A program made the translations under genes and the position numbers. DNA of 31,778 nt from a virus (lineage: Duplodnaviria; Caudoviricetes). Below are positions 1 through 7,402 of this stretch, in pieces (position 1 is the stretch's first letter; each line of letters begins with the position of its first letter). Under the pieces are notes generated by a model, which was not told where the DNA came from, did no database searches, and saw nothing but the letters and a program-made list of their open reading frames with translations. The stretch covers positions 1 through 31,778 of IMG/VR virus record IMGVR_UViG_3300050196_000172, one strand, 5' to 3'.

Positions 1-31
1 ACAATGATTTTTTTAACTTAAGTTTACCCAT
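1..31 (-). CDS. N-terminus of a hypothetical protein running off the left edge (MGKLKLKKSL...)
   Basis: ATG at 29-31 overlaps the upstream stop (TAATG coupling); the frame stays open to the window edge. Confidence 0.5.
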   Translation of the reverse strand, partial: MGKLKLKKSL

Positions 32-546
32 TATTCACTAATCTCCCCTTTGAGAAGGTTGATGATAAAATCCCAATCATTATGATCAGTCATAGCACTG
101 CGCCGGATTTCAGCTGCTGATATTGCTTCACCAATCCGACTTGTCAGCACTTCGCGTTCATCCTGGCATTGGGAATATTTTTTTCGCAAATTACAGATGT
201 CAAAATCAAGCTCAAGCAATCTTGCACCTTGTTGATCTATCGTATTGTTATTCCGATTGAGTGTATTTTTTAGTTCGGATACTTCATCAGCCAGCCACAT
301 AATTTCGTTATTTCGATCTTGAACGGCTATATTCAGCGACTTAATTTCATCGGATTTTTTCTGAAGAATTTCAGTTTGGTTCTGAATATTACTTCCCCGA
401 ATGGCGTCAAGCTCACTACACATCTTTACTTCATCATCTTCATATTTCCGGATGATGTCTTTCAAGTTTTCTAAGTGGGCTGCGTCACCACCCATAGCGT
501 ACACGCCAACTTTAACACCAACAACGAAGTCTTTTAGATTGTTCAT
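31..546 (-). CDS. Phage hypothetical coiled-coil protein
   Basis: 171 aa ORF with heptad-like L/I periodicity; TAATG coupling on both sides. Confidence 0.75.
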   Translation of the reverse strand: MNNLKDFVVGVKVGVYAMGGDAAHLENLKDIIRKYEDDEVKMCSELDAIRGSNIQNQTEILQKKSDEIKSLNIAVQDRNNEIMWLADEVSELKNTLNRNNNTIDQQGARLLELDFDICNLRKKYSQCQDEREVLTSRIGEAISAAEIRRSAMTDHNDWDFIINLLKGEISE

Positions 547-1061
547 TATTCACCGTCCTTGCCTTCAAGAATCTCAATTAGCAAAAGAAGAGGAGAACGT
601 CTATCACTTCTGTCGCATATTTTGATATGGATAAGTGCATGATCGATTCGTTCGGCCAGTTCAGTTGCACAATCAGCTTGAATTTTTAACCGTTCTTTTA
701 AATCTTCGATTTCTTCTTTATGTGGCGTAGGGCAAAGAGCTTTTAAATATGTTTGGTCATTAAAATGTCTCTTTAATTCTTCAGCCTGTTCCTGTGAAAT
801 ATTTGTAGCCTTTATAACGGTCAAATTTTTTAGATACCGTTCAACAAAATCACTGCGACGAACAATGAATTTATTCATTTTGCGTGGTTCGCATTTGGCA
901 ATGAGTTTATATGAACCGCCAACCCAGTTAGCAGATGGAAGTTCTTTATAGATATAAACCTCACCATCACTATCCAGCGCAGCGAATTGATATTCTTCAG
1001 GCCAATCTTCCGGCTTTATGTTTAGCTCCAGAAGCGCGTCGATTAACTTTTTCTTTTTCAT
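546..1061 (-). CDS. Phage hypothetical protein (WP..YQFAALDSDGEVYIY..P motif)
   Basis: 171 aa ORF, AGGAG RBS upstream, A-x-D-x-D-G motif common in small phage proteins. Confidence 0.75.
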   Translation of the reverse strand: MKKKKLIDALLELNIKPEDWPEEYQFAALDSDGEVYIYKELPSANWVGGSYKLIAKCEPRKMNKFIVRRSDFVERYLKNLTVIKATNISQEQAEELKRHFNDQTYLKALCPTPHKEEIEDLKERLKIQADCATELAERIDHALIHIKICDRSDRRSPLLLLIEILEGKDGE

Positions 1062-1076
1062 TTGTATTCTCCTGTA

Positions 1077-1094
1077 GCGGCCAATTAAGGCCGC
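1077..1094. terminator. GC hairpin (GCGGCC-aattaa-GGCCGC); possible terminator or processing stem
   Basis: Perfect 6-bp stem just downstream of the Gly-repeat ORF; no strong U-tail on the minus strand. Confidence 0.4.
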
Positions 1095-1105
1095 GTTTAC
1101 TTTAA

Positions 1106-1252
1106 TTAGGATCCGTTGCCGTCGCCGTCGCCGTTGCCGTTGCCGTCGCCGTTGCCGTCGCCGTCGCCGTAGCCGTCGCCGTTGCCGTCGCCGTTGCCGT
1201 TGCCGTAGCCGTTGCCGTTGCCGTAGCCGTCGTTTTTATTCAGCTTTGACAT
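1106..1252 (-). CDS. 48-aa Gly-repeat micropeptide MSKLNKN(D/N/Y-G)20S, absent from the ORF track
   Basis: ATG 1250-1252 with AAGGG upstream, TAA 1106-1108; overlaps the 3' end of the DUF6948-like gene; translation MSKLNKNDGYGNGNGYGNGNGDGNGDGYGDGDGNGDGNGNGDGDGNGS. Confidence 0.75.
   Translation of the reverse strand: MSKLNKNDGYGNGNGYGNGNGDGNGDGYGDGDGNGDGNGNGDGDGNGS
1115..1231. repeat. Hexamer tandem repeat GT(T/C/A)GCC, about 19.5 copies
   Basis: Read directly; only one position of the hexamer varies. Confidence 0.97.
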
Positions 1253-1550
1253 TTTTGGCACCCTTCAGTGAGTCAATTGCTTTTTGTGTGCACGGGATGA
1301 TTTCAATCGCATCAAGCCAAACGCTTTCGACGGGTTCAACAATTTTGCTGCCTGATTCATCAATTCCGTGAACTGCGCAGCCTGACAGTGATATTGAGTC
1401 CCCTCCAGACTTCCAGCGGAACATGCGGCGAGCATTAGTCAGAATTACTTCCGTTCCGTCTTTCTGAACTAGCACGCCAAACCAACAACCGGCGGAATAA
1501 GTGCGGATAATTACGTATTTGCCAATCATTTCAATGATTTTTTCGTTCAT
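1236..1550 (-). CDS. DUF6948-like small phage protein
   Basis: Motifs IGKYVIIRTYSAGCWFG, NARRMFRW, ISLSGCAVHG, AIEIIPC; likely start MNEKII at 1550 after a GGAG RBS. Confidence 0.75.
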   Translation of the reverse strand: MNEKIIEMIGKYVIIRTYSAGCWFGVLVQKDGTEVILTNARRMFRWKSGGDSISLSGCAVHGIDESGSKIVEPVESVWLDAIEIIPCTQKAIDSLKGAKNVKAE

Positions 1551-1580
1551 TTGTTTTCTCCGTTGTGTTTCGATGAAATA

Positions 1581-1590
1581 AGTATACAAA
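1581..1590 (-). promoter_or_regulatory. Candidate -10 element (TTTG-TATACT) driving the DUF6948-like/Gly-peptide unit
   Basis: TATACT about 30 nt upstream of the ATG in an intergenic gap; no clear -35. Confidence 0.4.
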
Positions 1591-1652
1591 ATGGCGAGTT
1601 GAATTGCGCTTTAGTTTGCAAATCTTTACAAAAACCACAGCGCTTGGCTGGG

Positions 1653-1937
1653 TTATTCGGCATTCCTTGCCTTGCGCTCCGCTCGATATCGCTGGCGATA
1701 AAGTAAAAGCGGGTTCTCTCGGCGCGGGCCATTGGGTTTCCTGCCCCAAAAAAAGATTTCATCAAGTGCGAAAACCAAATCACCGCCGATGGATGTGAAC
1801 GTTTTTGATGAAAAATCGAAGTGGAAAAATGACTCGATCACCTCCTGGTCTTTCGTTGCCAGTAAGACTGTAGCTCCAGGCTCTGGCAGCGCCTCCCCGC
1901 GCTTGTACCACTCAACCCTCGCTCTCGTTGGCATCAC
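1653..1937 (-). CDS. DUF551-like small phage protein
   Basis: W...ALPEPG.TVL start and FFWGRKP end fit the DUF551 pattern; ATGA overlap with the upstream gene. Confidence 0.55.
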   Translation of the reverse strand: MMPTRARVEWYKRGEALPEPGATVLLATKDQEVIESFFHFDFSSKTFTSIGGDLVFALDEIFFWGRKPNGPRRENPLLLYRQRYRAERKARNAE

Positions 1938-2161
1938 TCCACCTCCGGCAAAGGGGCCCAGTGCGTTGGTTTTATGTTGAGATATATTTGAGCACCGCCA
2001 TCATAATTTTCGGCATACAATCCCTCAACCCACGGAAAGAAATTCCCATTGAAATACTGGGCACATGTAATGCCAAAAAGAGCGCCATTCATTTCCTCAG
2101 CTACAATGACTGTTTGCCCATCACTGGGATGGAAATCAGTCAGTTTCACAAATTTGCTCAC
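1934..2161 (-). CDS. DUF551-like small phage protein
   Basis: C-terminal PTHWAPLPE is the typical DUF551 ending; GTG start at 2161 after AAGGAG preferred over 2260. Confidence 0.65.
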   Translation of the reverse strand: MSKFVKLTDFHPSDGQTVIVAEEMNGALFGITCAQYFNGNFFPWVEGLYAENYDGGAQIYLNIKPTHWAPLPEVE

Positions 2162-2309
2162 AACCAAGCTCCTTGATTTCGATAAAATAAACGTTCTGAC
2201 CATCCGCGCGATACTCCGCGCAGCACTCCGTTTCATTGCATGTAAATTGCGTCCGAACACATTTCTTGCAGTCTTGCACGGTCCCGCATCCTGATACCTC
2301 TACTTCCAT
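2136..2309 (-). CDS. 57-aa Cys-rich protein, possibly Zn-binding, absent from the ORF track
   Basis: MEVEVSGCGTVQDCKKCVRTQFTCNETECCAEYRADGQNVYFIEIKELGCEQICETD; GAGG RBS; fills the gap between neighbouring genes. Confidence 0.6.
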   Translation of the reverse strand: MEVEVSGCGTVQDCKKCVRTQFTCNETECCAEYRADGQNVYFIEIKELGCEQICETD

Positions 2310-2566
2310 ACATCCTCACGAAATAGCGCCATGAACGATATTGGCGCAAGAATTGAAGTTATGGTGAAAATGACAGCGCAAAAGAAAGCTACCAAAGCAA
2401 AAACTTCTGCTTGTTTGTGGGCTGGCGAAGCCTTTGCCAGTAACGCGATCCTGCTTACTTTATTTGCGGTTTCCACATCTGCTGGATGAAGAAACCGGAA
2501 TACCCAGACCGCACCGACAGCTGCGCTACAAGCGAGATAGAGATTTATTAGCATTATAAATAACAT
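2300..2566 (-). CDS. Small membrane protein with 2-3 hydrophobic segments
   Basis: 88 aa; hydrophobic N-terminal and C-terminal stretches. Confidence 0.6.
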   Translation of the reverse strand: MLFIMLINLYLACSAAVGAVWVFRFLHPADVETANKVSRIALLAKASPAHKQAEVFALVAFFCAVIFTITSILAPISFMALFREDVWK

Positions 2567-2882
2567 CCTGCATTAATTTGTAAGTTTTTGGAGCTTTTGT
2601 TGATTTCGCCCAATCCAATCCGGCTTCATCAATGAAAATTCGCTCCATTTCATCCCAATGCTCAATTAATCTGCCCCATACAGGGGTTAATGCTGATATT
2701 TTATCAAAACTCAATCGAACTTCTGGAACTAGATCCAGCATAAGCAAACATCGATTTAAATCACTTGGATCGTGTGGATAATCGCCTGTTGATTCAAGAT
2801 CTAATGCTGCTGCAAGCATGGCTTTACTGCTTAGACCAATTCTTCCATTCATCAACCATTTCATTGCGTTTTCAGTTAGCAT
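2526..2882 (-). CDS. Conserved-type phage hypothetical protein (G.SSKAM...YPHDPSDL.RC..ML..VPE)
   Basis: 118 aa; TAATG coupling to the upstream gene; motif recalled from phage hypothetical proteins. Confidence 0.7.
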   Translation of the reverse strand: MLTENAMKWLMNGRIGLSSKAMLAAALDLESTGDYPHDPSDLNRCLLMLDLVPEVRLSFDKISALTPVWGRLIEHWDEMERIFIDEAGLDWAKSTKAPKTYKLMQDVIYNANKSLSRL

Positions 2883-3253
2883 TATTCACCAGCCTTTATT
2901 TCAACGATCCCATTTTCATCAGCAAACCGCTTTTCGATGTTTGCACCTTTTGATTTTTCCCACCCATCCAGCATGATGATGTGCGTGCATTCCGCCAGCA
3001 TCCTCATCGTCAAATCCATGTAGAAATCATATGGCAACCCCTGTGGGAAAACGCATGGGTTCAGCACGATATCATATGGATGCGCCAATAAGTGTTTGCG
3101 GTGCGCCGCCAGAAACGCCGAACGATTTGCATAGGCATAACCAGTGATTGGGCCAGAAATGAATACGATCCTTGGTTCGTAATCATCATCTGTTTGATCC
3201 GCAATGATTGGAACAAGCCCAGCCAAATATAGATTTTCCGTTGCGTAACTCAT
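2882..3253 (-). CDS. DUF4406 / nucleoside 2-deoxyribosyltransferase-like protein
   Basis: FISGPITG...N..AF, VLNP, YMD...ML..C..I.MLDGWEKSKGA.IE motifs. Confidence 0.85.
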   Translation of the reverse strand: MSYATENLYLAGLVPIIADQTDDDYEPRIVFISGPITGYAYANRSAFLAAHRKHLLAHPYDIVLNPCVFPQGLPYDFYMDLTMRMLAECTHIIMLDGWEKSKGANIEKRFADENGIVEIKAGE

Positions 3254-3398
3254 TTTTGATCTCCATGTTTGTTTCGCTAATCATCGGACAATCGTCCTTA
3301 AAATTCCATCAAGTTTACTTTATTTTACATTTGAAAGATTGTGTAAAGCTGGTGGACTATCTCCAGATGTGGAGCCATTATTTAGTCACGAGGTAAGC

Positions 3399-3566
3399 AT
3401 GAAAAACAAGTTGCTGAGTTATTCCGCCCTAGGCTCTTTTTTGATGCTCGGGTTCACAGCGTGCAGTTCAATCGCTGAGCGCACAGGGGATTTTACATTA
3501 TGGGTTATGATTATTTCCGGCATAACCATCGATTCAATTATTTTGTGGAGACATCGAGATGATTAA
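3399..3566 (+). CDS. Small membrane protein or possible lipoprotein
   Basis: GAGG RBS before ATG 3399; MKNKLL...GFTAC lipobox-like motif plus a second hydrophobic segment. Confidence 0.55.
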   Translation: MKNKLLSYSALGSFLMLGFTACSSIAERTGDFTLWVMIISGITIDSIILWRHRDD

Positions 3567-3741
3567 AGTTGATATCGTTCATCCAGATCTTAAACATGCA
3601 TCGATCAATAATTGCTATCAAACCATGGCCGATGCAATCAAGGCTCTTTCCGCCGAATACCGCATCACCACTCTGGCCTTTCGCAATCTGGTTGTTCTGG
3701 CTAATCCAGAAGGCTCTCGGGCGGTACTAAGATGTCAGTAG
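3559..3741 (+). CDS. Hypothetical protein (60 aa)
   Basis: GGAG RBS; overlaps both neighbours in operon fashion. Confidence 0.55.
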   Translation: MIKVDIVHPDLKHASINNCYQTMADAIKALSAEYRITTLAFRNLVVLANPEGSRAVLRCQ

Positions 3742-3914
3742 TCGTCGAAAAGTTCCCCGTTTCATCCGTTCGCGCAGCTGGTATCGAATTGAAAAAACGG
3801 GGATACCAAAAAATAGGCAAGCATTGGGTTGAGAAAAATCATTTTGCCGACATCGAGAAAATGCCAGCGTCTGGTAAGGTCATTGTCTTGATCTGCAAAA
3901 GCAATTACGACTGA
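3732..3914 (+). CDS. Hypothetical basic protein (60 aa)
   Basis: Last gene of the plus-strand cassette; ends at a terminator. Confidence 0.55.
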   Translation: MSVVVEKFPVSSVRAAGIELKKRGYQKIGKHWVEKNHFADIEKMPASGKVIVLICKSNYD

Positions 3915-3935
3915 GGGGCGCAAAGCCCCTTTTTT
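3914..3935 (+). terminator. Rho-independent terminator between convergent genes
   Basis: AGGGGC-gcaaa-GCCCCT followed by a T run. Confidence 0.85.
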
Positions 3936-4440
3936 AATACCACAAATCAAATTCTGCCCACGTTATTTTCAGCACCGTCCGATTTGCCGTCCCTGAGGAA
4001 TTCGTCAATCTTCCGTGGATTGTAGATCCTGGCGCATACGTCTTGAACCCCTGTTCCATTGTTGACGTCTGACTGCTTTTTGAATTAGGGCTGGATCCAC
4101 CGCCCGCACCGATGAAAATTGAGACAATTCCAGTTCCAGTGGTGGTTGGCGCTGTGCCAATGCTGGCGAATGTGGATAATGGCGCCACACCTCGCATTGT
4201 GTTCACTTGTGATGTGCTGCACAGATTTGTCACATCAACCACCGATCCTGATGCTCCAGTGAAGATCGAGTAATCCATTCCAATCACATCAACCATCAAC
4301 TGACGATCCAATATCCTGACATATTTGGTCGCCGGAACGACCATTTTAAACCACTTCACTGCGGCTGATGCCATGGTTATATCCAGATACATCCGGTACA
4401 GGTTCCCGTCACCGGCCAGTTCTTCGATGTAAGTTTTCAT
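3934..4440 (-). CDS. Beta-rich hypothetical protein, possibly a virion appendage
   Basis: Start MKTYIEEL at 4440 overlaps the upstream stop (ATGA); Thr/Ser/Gly-rich; ends ITWAEFDLWY. Confidence 0.65.
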   Translation of the reverse strand: MKTYIEELAGDGNLYRMYLDITMASAAVKWFKMVVPATKYVRILDRQLMVDVIGMDYSIFTGASGSVVDVTNLCSTSQVNTMRGVAPLSTFASIGTAPTTTGTGIVSIFIGAGGGSSPNSKSSQTSTMEQGFKTYAPGSTIHGRLTNSSGTANRTVLKITWAEFDLWY

Positions 4441-4679
4441 GCGCCACCCCACCAGAAATTCGCATTCGTCGGTGTTGCACGGATGTTCAGGCCAGAAACG
4501 TTGATGTCGGTTTTCCCTGATGCTGTGATTGTGGCAATAGTGACCGATGTCGCAGATGTCGTCTCAATGGCTTCAAGCAATACCTGTCCACCAGCGGTGG
4601 TGATATTCACGATGAGCGGGATAGTGCCTTTGTCCGCCCCAAATTTGAAGATCCCTTGTGTTGTCTGTAGTAGTGACAT
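4437..4679 (-). CDS. 80-aa small beta protein, putative spike base/adaptor
   Basis: GGAGG RBS; alternating beta-strand pattern; coupled to the downstream gene. Confidence 0.6.
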   Translation of the reverse strand: MSLLQTTQGIFKFGADKGTIPLIVNITTAGGQVLLEAIETTSATSVTIATITASGKTDINVSGLNIRATPTNANFWWGGA

Positions 4680-4696
4680 ATCTAGCCTCCAAAAAC

Positions 4697-4718
4697 AAAA
4701 AAGGAGCCCGTAGGCTCC
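4697..4718 (-). terminator. Rho-independent terminator
   Basis: Minus strand GGAGCC-tacg-GGCTCC-TTTTTT. Confidence 0.85.
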
Positions 4719-4739
4719 GTTTAATTACACTGTGGTGAA

Positions 4740-5183
4740 TCAGTTATGAATAACAAAACCTTCGATCTTTTGCACTACTTCTTTCACAACTTCTTCGACT
4801 TTTTCAAAGAAAGTTGGATCTTCGGTTGGCGCGATCAATTCGGCTGTTTTTGCTTCCGGTAATGCTGCCGCTGCCTCTGCTTCTGCTTGATCAGCTGCCG
4901 CCGCCGCTACCGGTGGTTGAACTTGCGCATCAGCAACTGCTGCCGCTTCGGGTGCGTCAGAGCTGGGACTGGGATCCACCGTGGCGTCAGCCTGGCTGGT
5001 GGTTTCGGTCGTGGTTTCCGCTGTCGCTTCCACGGTTTCAGTTGCTGCAGTGGTTGATGCTGTCGCTTCCACGGTTTCAGTTGCTGCAGTGGTTGATGCT
5101 GTATCGGCCGATTCTGTTGTTTCAGTTGCTGCAGTGGTTGATGCTGTCGCTGCTTCGGTTGTTTCTTCTACTGTATCCGTCAT
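4740..5183 (-). CDS. Acidic Thr/Ala/Glu-rich disordered protein with a C-terminal amphipathic helix
   Basis: GGAG RBS; TASTTAATET repeats; tail FFEKVEEVVKEVVQKIEGF. Confidence 0.75.
   Translation of the reverse strand: MTDTVEETTEAATASTTAATETTESADTASTTAATETVEATASTTAATETVEATAETTTETTSQADATVDPSPSSDAPEAAAVADAQVQPPVAAAAADQAEAEAAAALPEAKTAELIAPTEDPTFFEKVEEVVKEVVQKIEGFVIHN
5020..5151. repeat. 39-bp coding tandem repeat: two exact copies plus a partial third
   Basis: gctgtcgcttccacggtttcagttgctgcagtggttgat at 5020-5058 and 5059-5097; partial copy at 5119-5151. Confidence 0.95.
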
Positions 5184-5200
5184 TTTCTGACTCCAATGTA

Positions 5201-6499
5201 TTAAAGGAACGATTGAACGTATTTTGCCATGACTTTAATGGCGGCTAAATTCGGGTGGATCCCATCTTGATAGTATTCTGGCCGATATCTTGCCGGGTTA
5301 CCGCCGTCACTGATAAGTGGGCCAAAATCAATCAGCGTTACTAACCCTTGAGCGGCAAGGCTTCGCGCCCATGTTTCAGACGCCACTCGCGCAGCTTCGG
5401 CGGTACCCGAGTAGCCATTATTCGGCACTCCGAACCACATGTAAACATTCGTACCGATAGATCTCAGTTTTTTAATTAAATTTACGATTATCCCATGCCG
5501 CACCTGTCCACTGTAGATCGAGGCTGAGCCATCGTTAGGGGTGAATGCCGGGATCAGGACATCGGTTGGGGCCATGCCATTGGTGATCATGGCTGTCGCT
5601 TGCGTAATAAAGGCACTCGAACCCTGACCGGACATGCCGCCATTAAAATACTGGAATGGAGCCTGTGGCGTTGATTTCCCGAGCACCGCGCGGCACGCCC
5701 ATGAATCGTACATGTAAGCCTGCCCACCACCACCAGCGGTGATTGAGTCGCCAATGGCAAGTACAGAACGAACTGGTACACAGTAATCGAATTCAACGGC
5801 AATGAATGCCCCACTCCGGCTGCTCCAACCAAGACTTGGGACGTTCGACAGCGTACCAACCCCATCCAGCGCCGATGTCTGGGCGCAACCCCAACGGCGA
5901 TAGAATGAGTTACCAACAGCTGGGCGCCATAGGTCGCTTGTATAATAGCTTCCGAGCGTATAAGCCTGTGATGCTGGATACATGGCGCGAATCATCAGTA
6001 CGGGCCTCTGCATTCCAGTTGGGGCGGGCAGTGACTCGCACTCAATCCAGTCAGAGCACGTCATCGATGGTGCCGCAGTGCTGCCGATCTCCAGGCTGGT
6101 TGATGTATTGCCAGCCCAAGTTACCGGACGCCAGCCGTACGGGACAGTTGAGCTGTATGCCGCGTTATTTGTTGCACTTCCCGATGGGTAGTACCGGCTT
6201 GCTGCGTCAGTGCCAGCCATGTTATCTGTGCTCGACGGTGCTACTACCGCAGTGATGCCAGCGGCCGCTGTAGTTTCTTTTGAGAACAACCACAGCCGCA
6301 CACGGGTGAATGGTGCTTCTGCTTCAATGAAATGGTTGAAAGTCACCAAGCCAGTCGATCCTGACGCCAGAAATGTATCAGCGCCACCAACCAGCCGGGC
6401 TGCGCCGGTAAAATTCGGCACGCGATTGAGCTGATAACCGATCGGCACCTTGGCGGCTGGCGCGTTGCCAATGCCAAAAACTTTTGCACTTGTGCCCAT
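5201..6499 (-). CDS. SGNH/GDSL hydrolase (esterase) with an N-terminal beta domain
   Basis: All four SGNH blocks present: IGDSIT, GGMSGQ, TPND, DGIHPN. Confidence 0.88.
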   Translation of the reverse strand: MGTSAKVFGIGNAPAAKVPIGYQLNRVPNFTGAARLVGGADTFLASGSTGLVTFNHFIEAEAPFTRVRLWLFSKETTAAAGITAVVAPSSTDNMAGTDAASRYYPSGSATNNAAYSSTVPYGWRPVTWAGNTSTSLEIGSTAAPSMTCSDWIECESLPAPTGMQRPVLMIRAMYPASQAYTLGSYYTSDLWRPAVGNSFYRRWGCAQTSALDGVGTLSNVPSLGWSSRSGAFIAVEFDYCVPVRSVLAIGDSITAGGGGQAYMYDSWACRAVLGKSTPQAPFQYFNGGMSGQGSSAFITQATAMITNGMAPTDVLIPAFTPNDGSASIYSGQVRHGIIVNLIKKLRSIGTNVYMWFGVPNNGYSGTAEAARVASETWARSLAAQGLVTLIDFGPLISDGGNPARYRPEYYQDGIHPNLAAIKVMAKYVQSFL

Positions 6500-6831
6500 T
6501 AGTCACCGCCTTTCATCGTAATGACCGCGTTGTAAGTTGTGCCAGCATCCAAACCAGCTGGCACCAGCTTTATATTGTCCAGTGAAATTGATGTCATGAA
6601 GATTGGGTAAGGGTTTGATGCGCTGATCGTGACTGCGTTACCGTTGGCATCACGGAATGCTTTGTACCCGTTCATCTCCGGTGTTTGCACGTAGATCGCG
6701 ATAGATCCTTGTGTGCTTCCGCTCTCGATATCGATCATCACCCATGAGGTGTTCCGTGTCGGTACCGCAACGATTTGTGCGCCATCAGACTGCTTGAGCC
6801 CTGATAATACGATTGGGGGAATTAGTGCCAT
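6499..6831 (-). CDS. 110-aa small beta protein, putative spike base/adaptor
   Basis: Beta-strand pattern; TAATG coupling to the SGNH gene. Confidence 0.65.
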   Translation of the reverse strand: MALIPPIVLSGLKQSDGAQIVAVPTRNTSWVMIDIESGSTQGSIAIYVQTPEMNGYKAFRDANGNAVTISASNPYPIFMTSISLDNIKLVPAGLDAGTTYNAVITMKGGD

Positions 6832-6867
6832 TTTCGTTTACTCGCTTTGACCAAAGATGGATACATT

Positions 6868-7212
6868 TTAGTCGTATTCAGCATTCAAGTCGATCACGCG
6901 CATTTGTATGCGTTTTTCACATAGAAGTGCACGATCCTCGCAAAACTGGCTTTGCTTTTCGGATGCTTTGAACTTGATCGAGATTAGTCGGTACAGTTTC
7001 GCACAGTTGCGCAGGTTCCGGATGCTGTCCGACTTCCGTTCGAGAGCCATCACCCGCCCTATTTTCTTTTTGCATTTATCAATCAGACTCATGTCTGGAT
7101 TTTTCAGCGGTTTCTCATGAATAAATGAAACCTGCCTGCGATATTCCCGATGTGCGCGGAACGGGTTCTTTTTTGGCTCATCATATAAACTGTCGATCCA
7201 TATTTCATCCAT
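6868..7212 (-). CDS. Basic hypothetical protein
   Basis: Start MDEIWID at 7212 after GGAG; K/R-rich and helical. Confidence 0.6.
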   Translation of the reverse strand: MDEIWIDSLYDEPKKNPFRAHREYRRQVSFIHEKPLKNPDMSLIDKCKKKIGRVMALERKSDSIRNLRNCAKLYRLISIKFKASEKQSQFCEDRALLCEKRIQMRVIDLNAEYD

Positions 7213-7228
7213 GTTTGTTCTCCAGCGA

Positions 7229-7402
7229 TCAAAAGAATTCAATTTTCTTGCCGATGGAATCAGCGACTAATTCCATCTGGCGTTTAAAATCTCTTTCCTG
7301 AAATTGTGGCACAATATCAAAACAATACCCATTTTCTTTCAACGCTTTTTCTGCTGATTCATATTTTCTTGGATCGAACCAGCGGATTTTCACTTTATTC
7401 AT
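7229..7402 (-). CDS. 57-aa hypothetical protein absent from the ORF track
   Basis: MNKVKIRWFDPRKYESAEKALKENGYCFDIVPQFQERDFKRQMELVADSIGKKIEFF; AAGGAG RBS and ATGA overlap. Confidence 0.65.
   Translation of the reverse strand: MNKVKIRWFDPRKYESAEKALKENGYCFDIVPQFQERDFKRQMELVADSIGKKIEFF

Noticed and set aside
1115-1231. Hexamer array as a CRISPR array or a plus-strand Val-Ala peptide
   Set aside because: There are no spacers, and no plus-strand start codon or RBS; the minus-strand Gly frame has a start, an RBS and a stop.
1236-1260. Frameshift fusing the DUF6948-like protein to the Gly peptide
   Set aside because: It would need a +1/-2 shift with no canonical slippery site, and a separate ATG with an SD-like sequence explains the ORF.
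5020-5151. 39-bp repeats as a mini-CRISPR
   Set aside because: The copies abut with no unique spacers, are a multiple of 3 within an ORF, and no cas genes are present.
4814-5248. Plus-strand 144-aa Leu-rich ORF
   Set aside because: It is an antisense shadow of the repeat gene and lacks an RBS or operon context.
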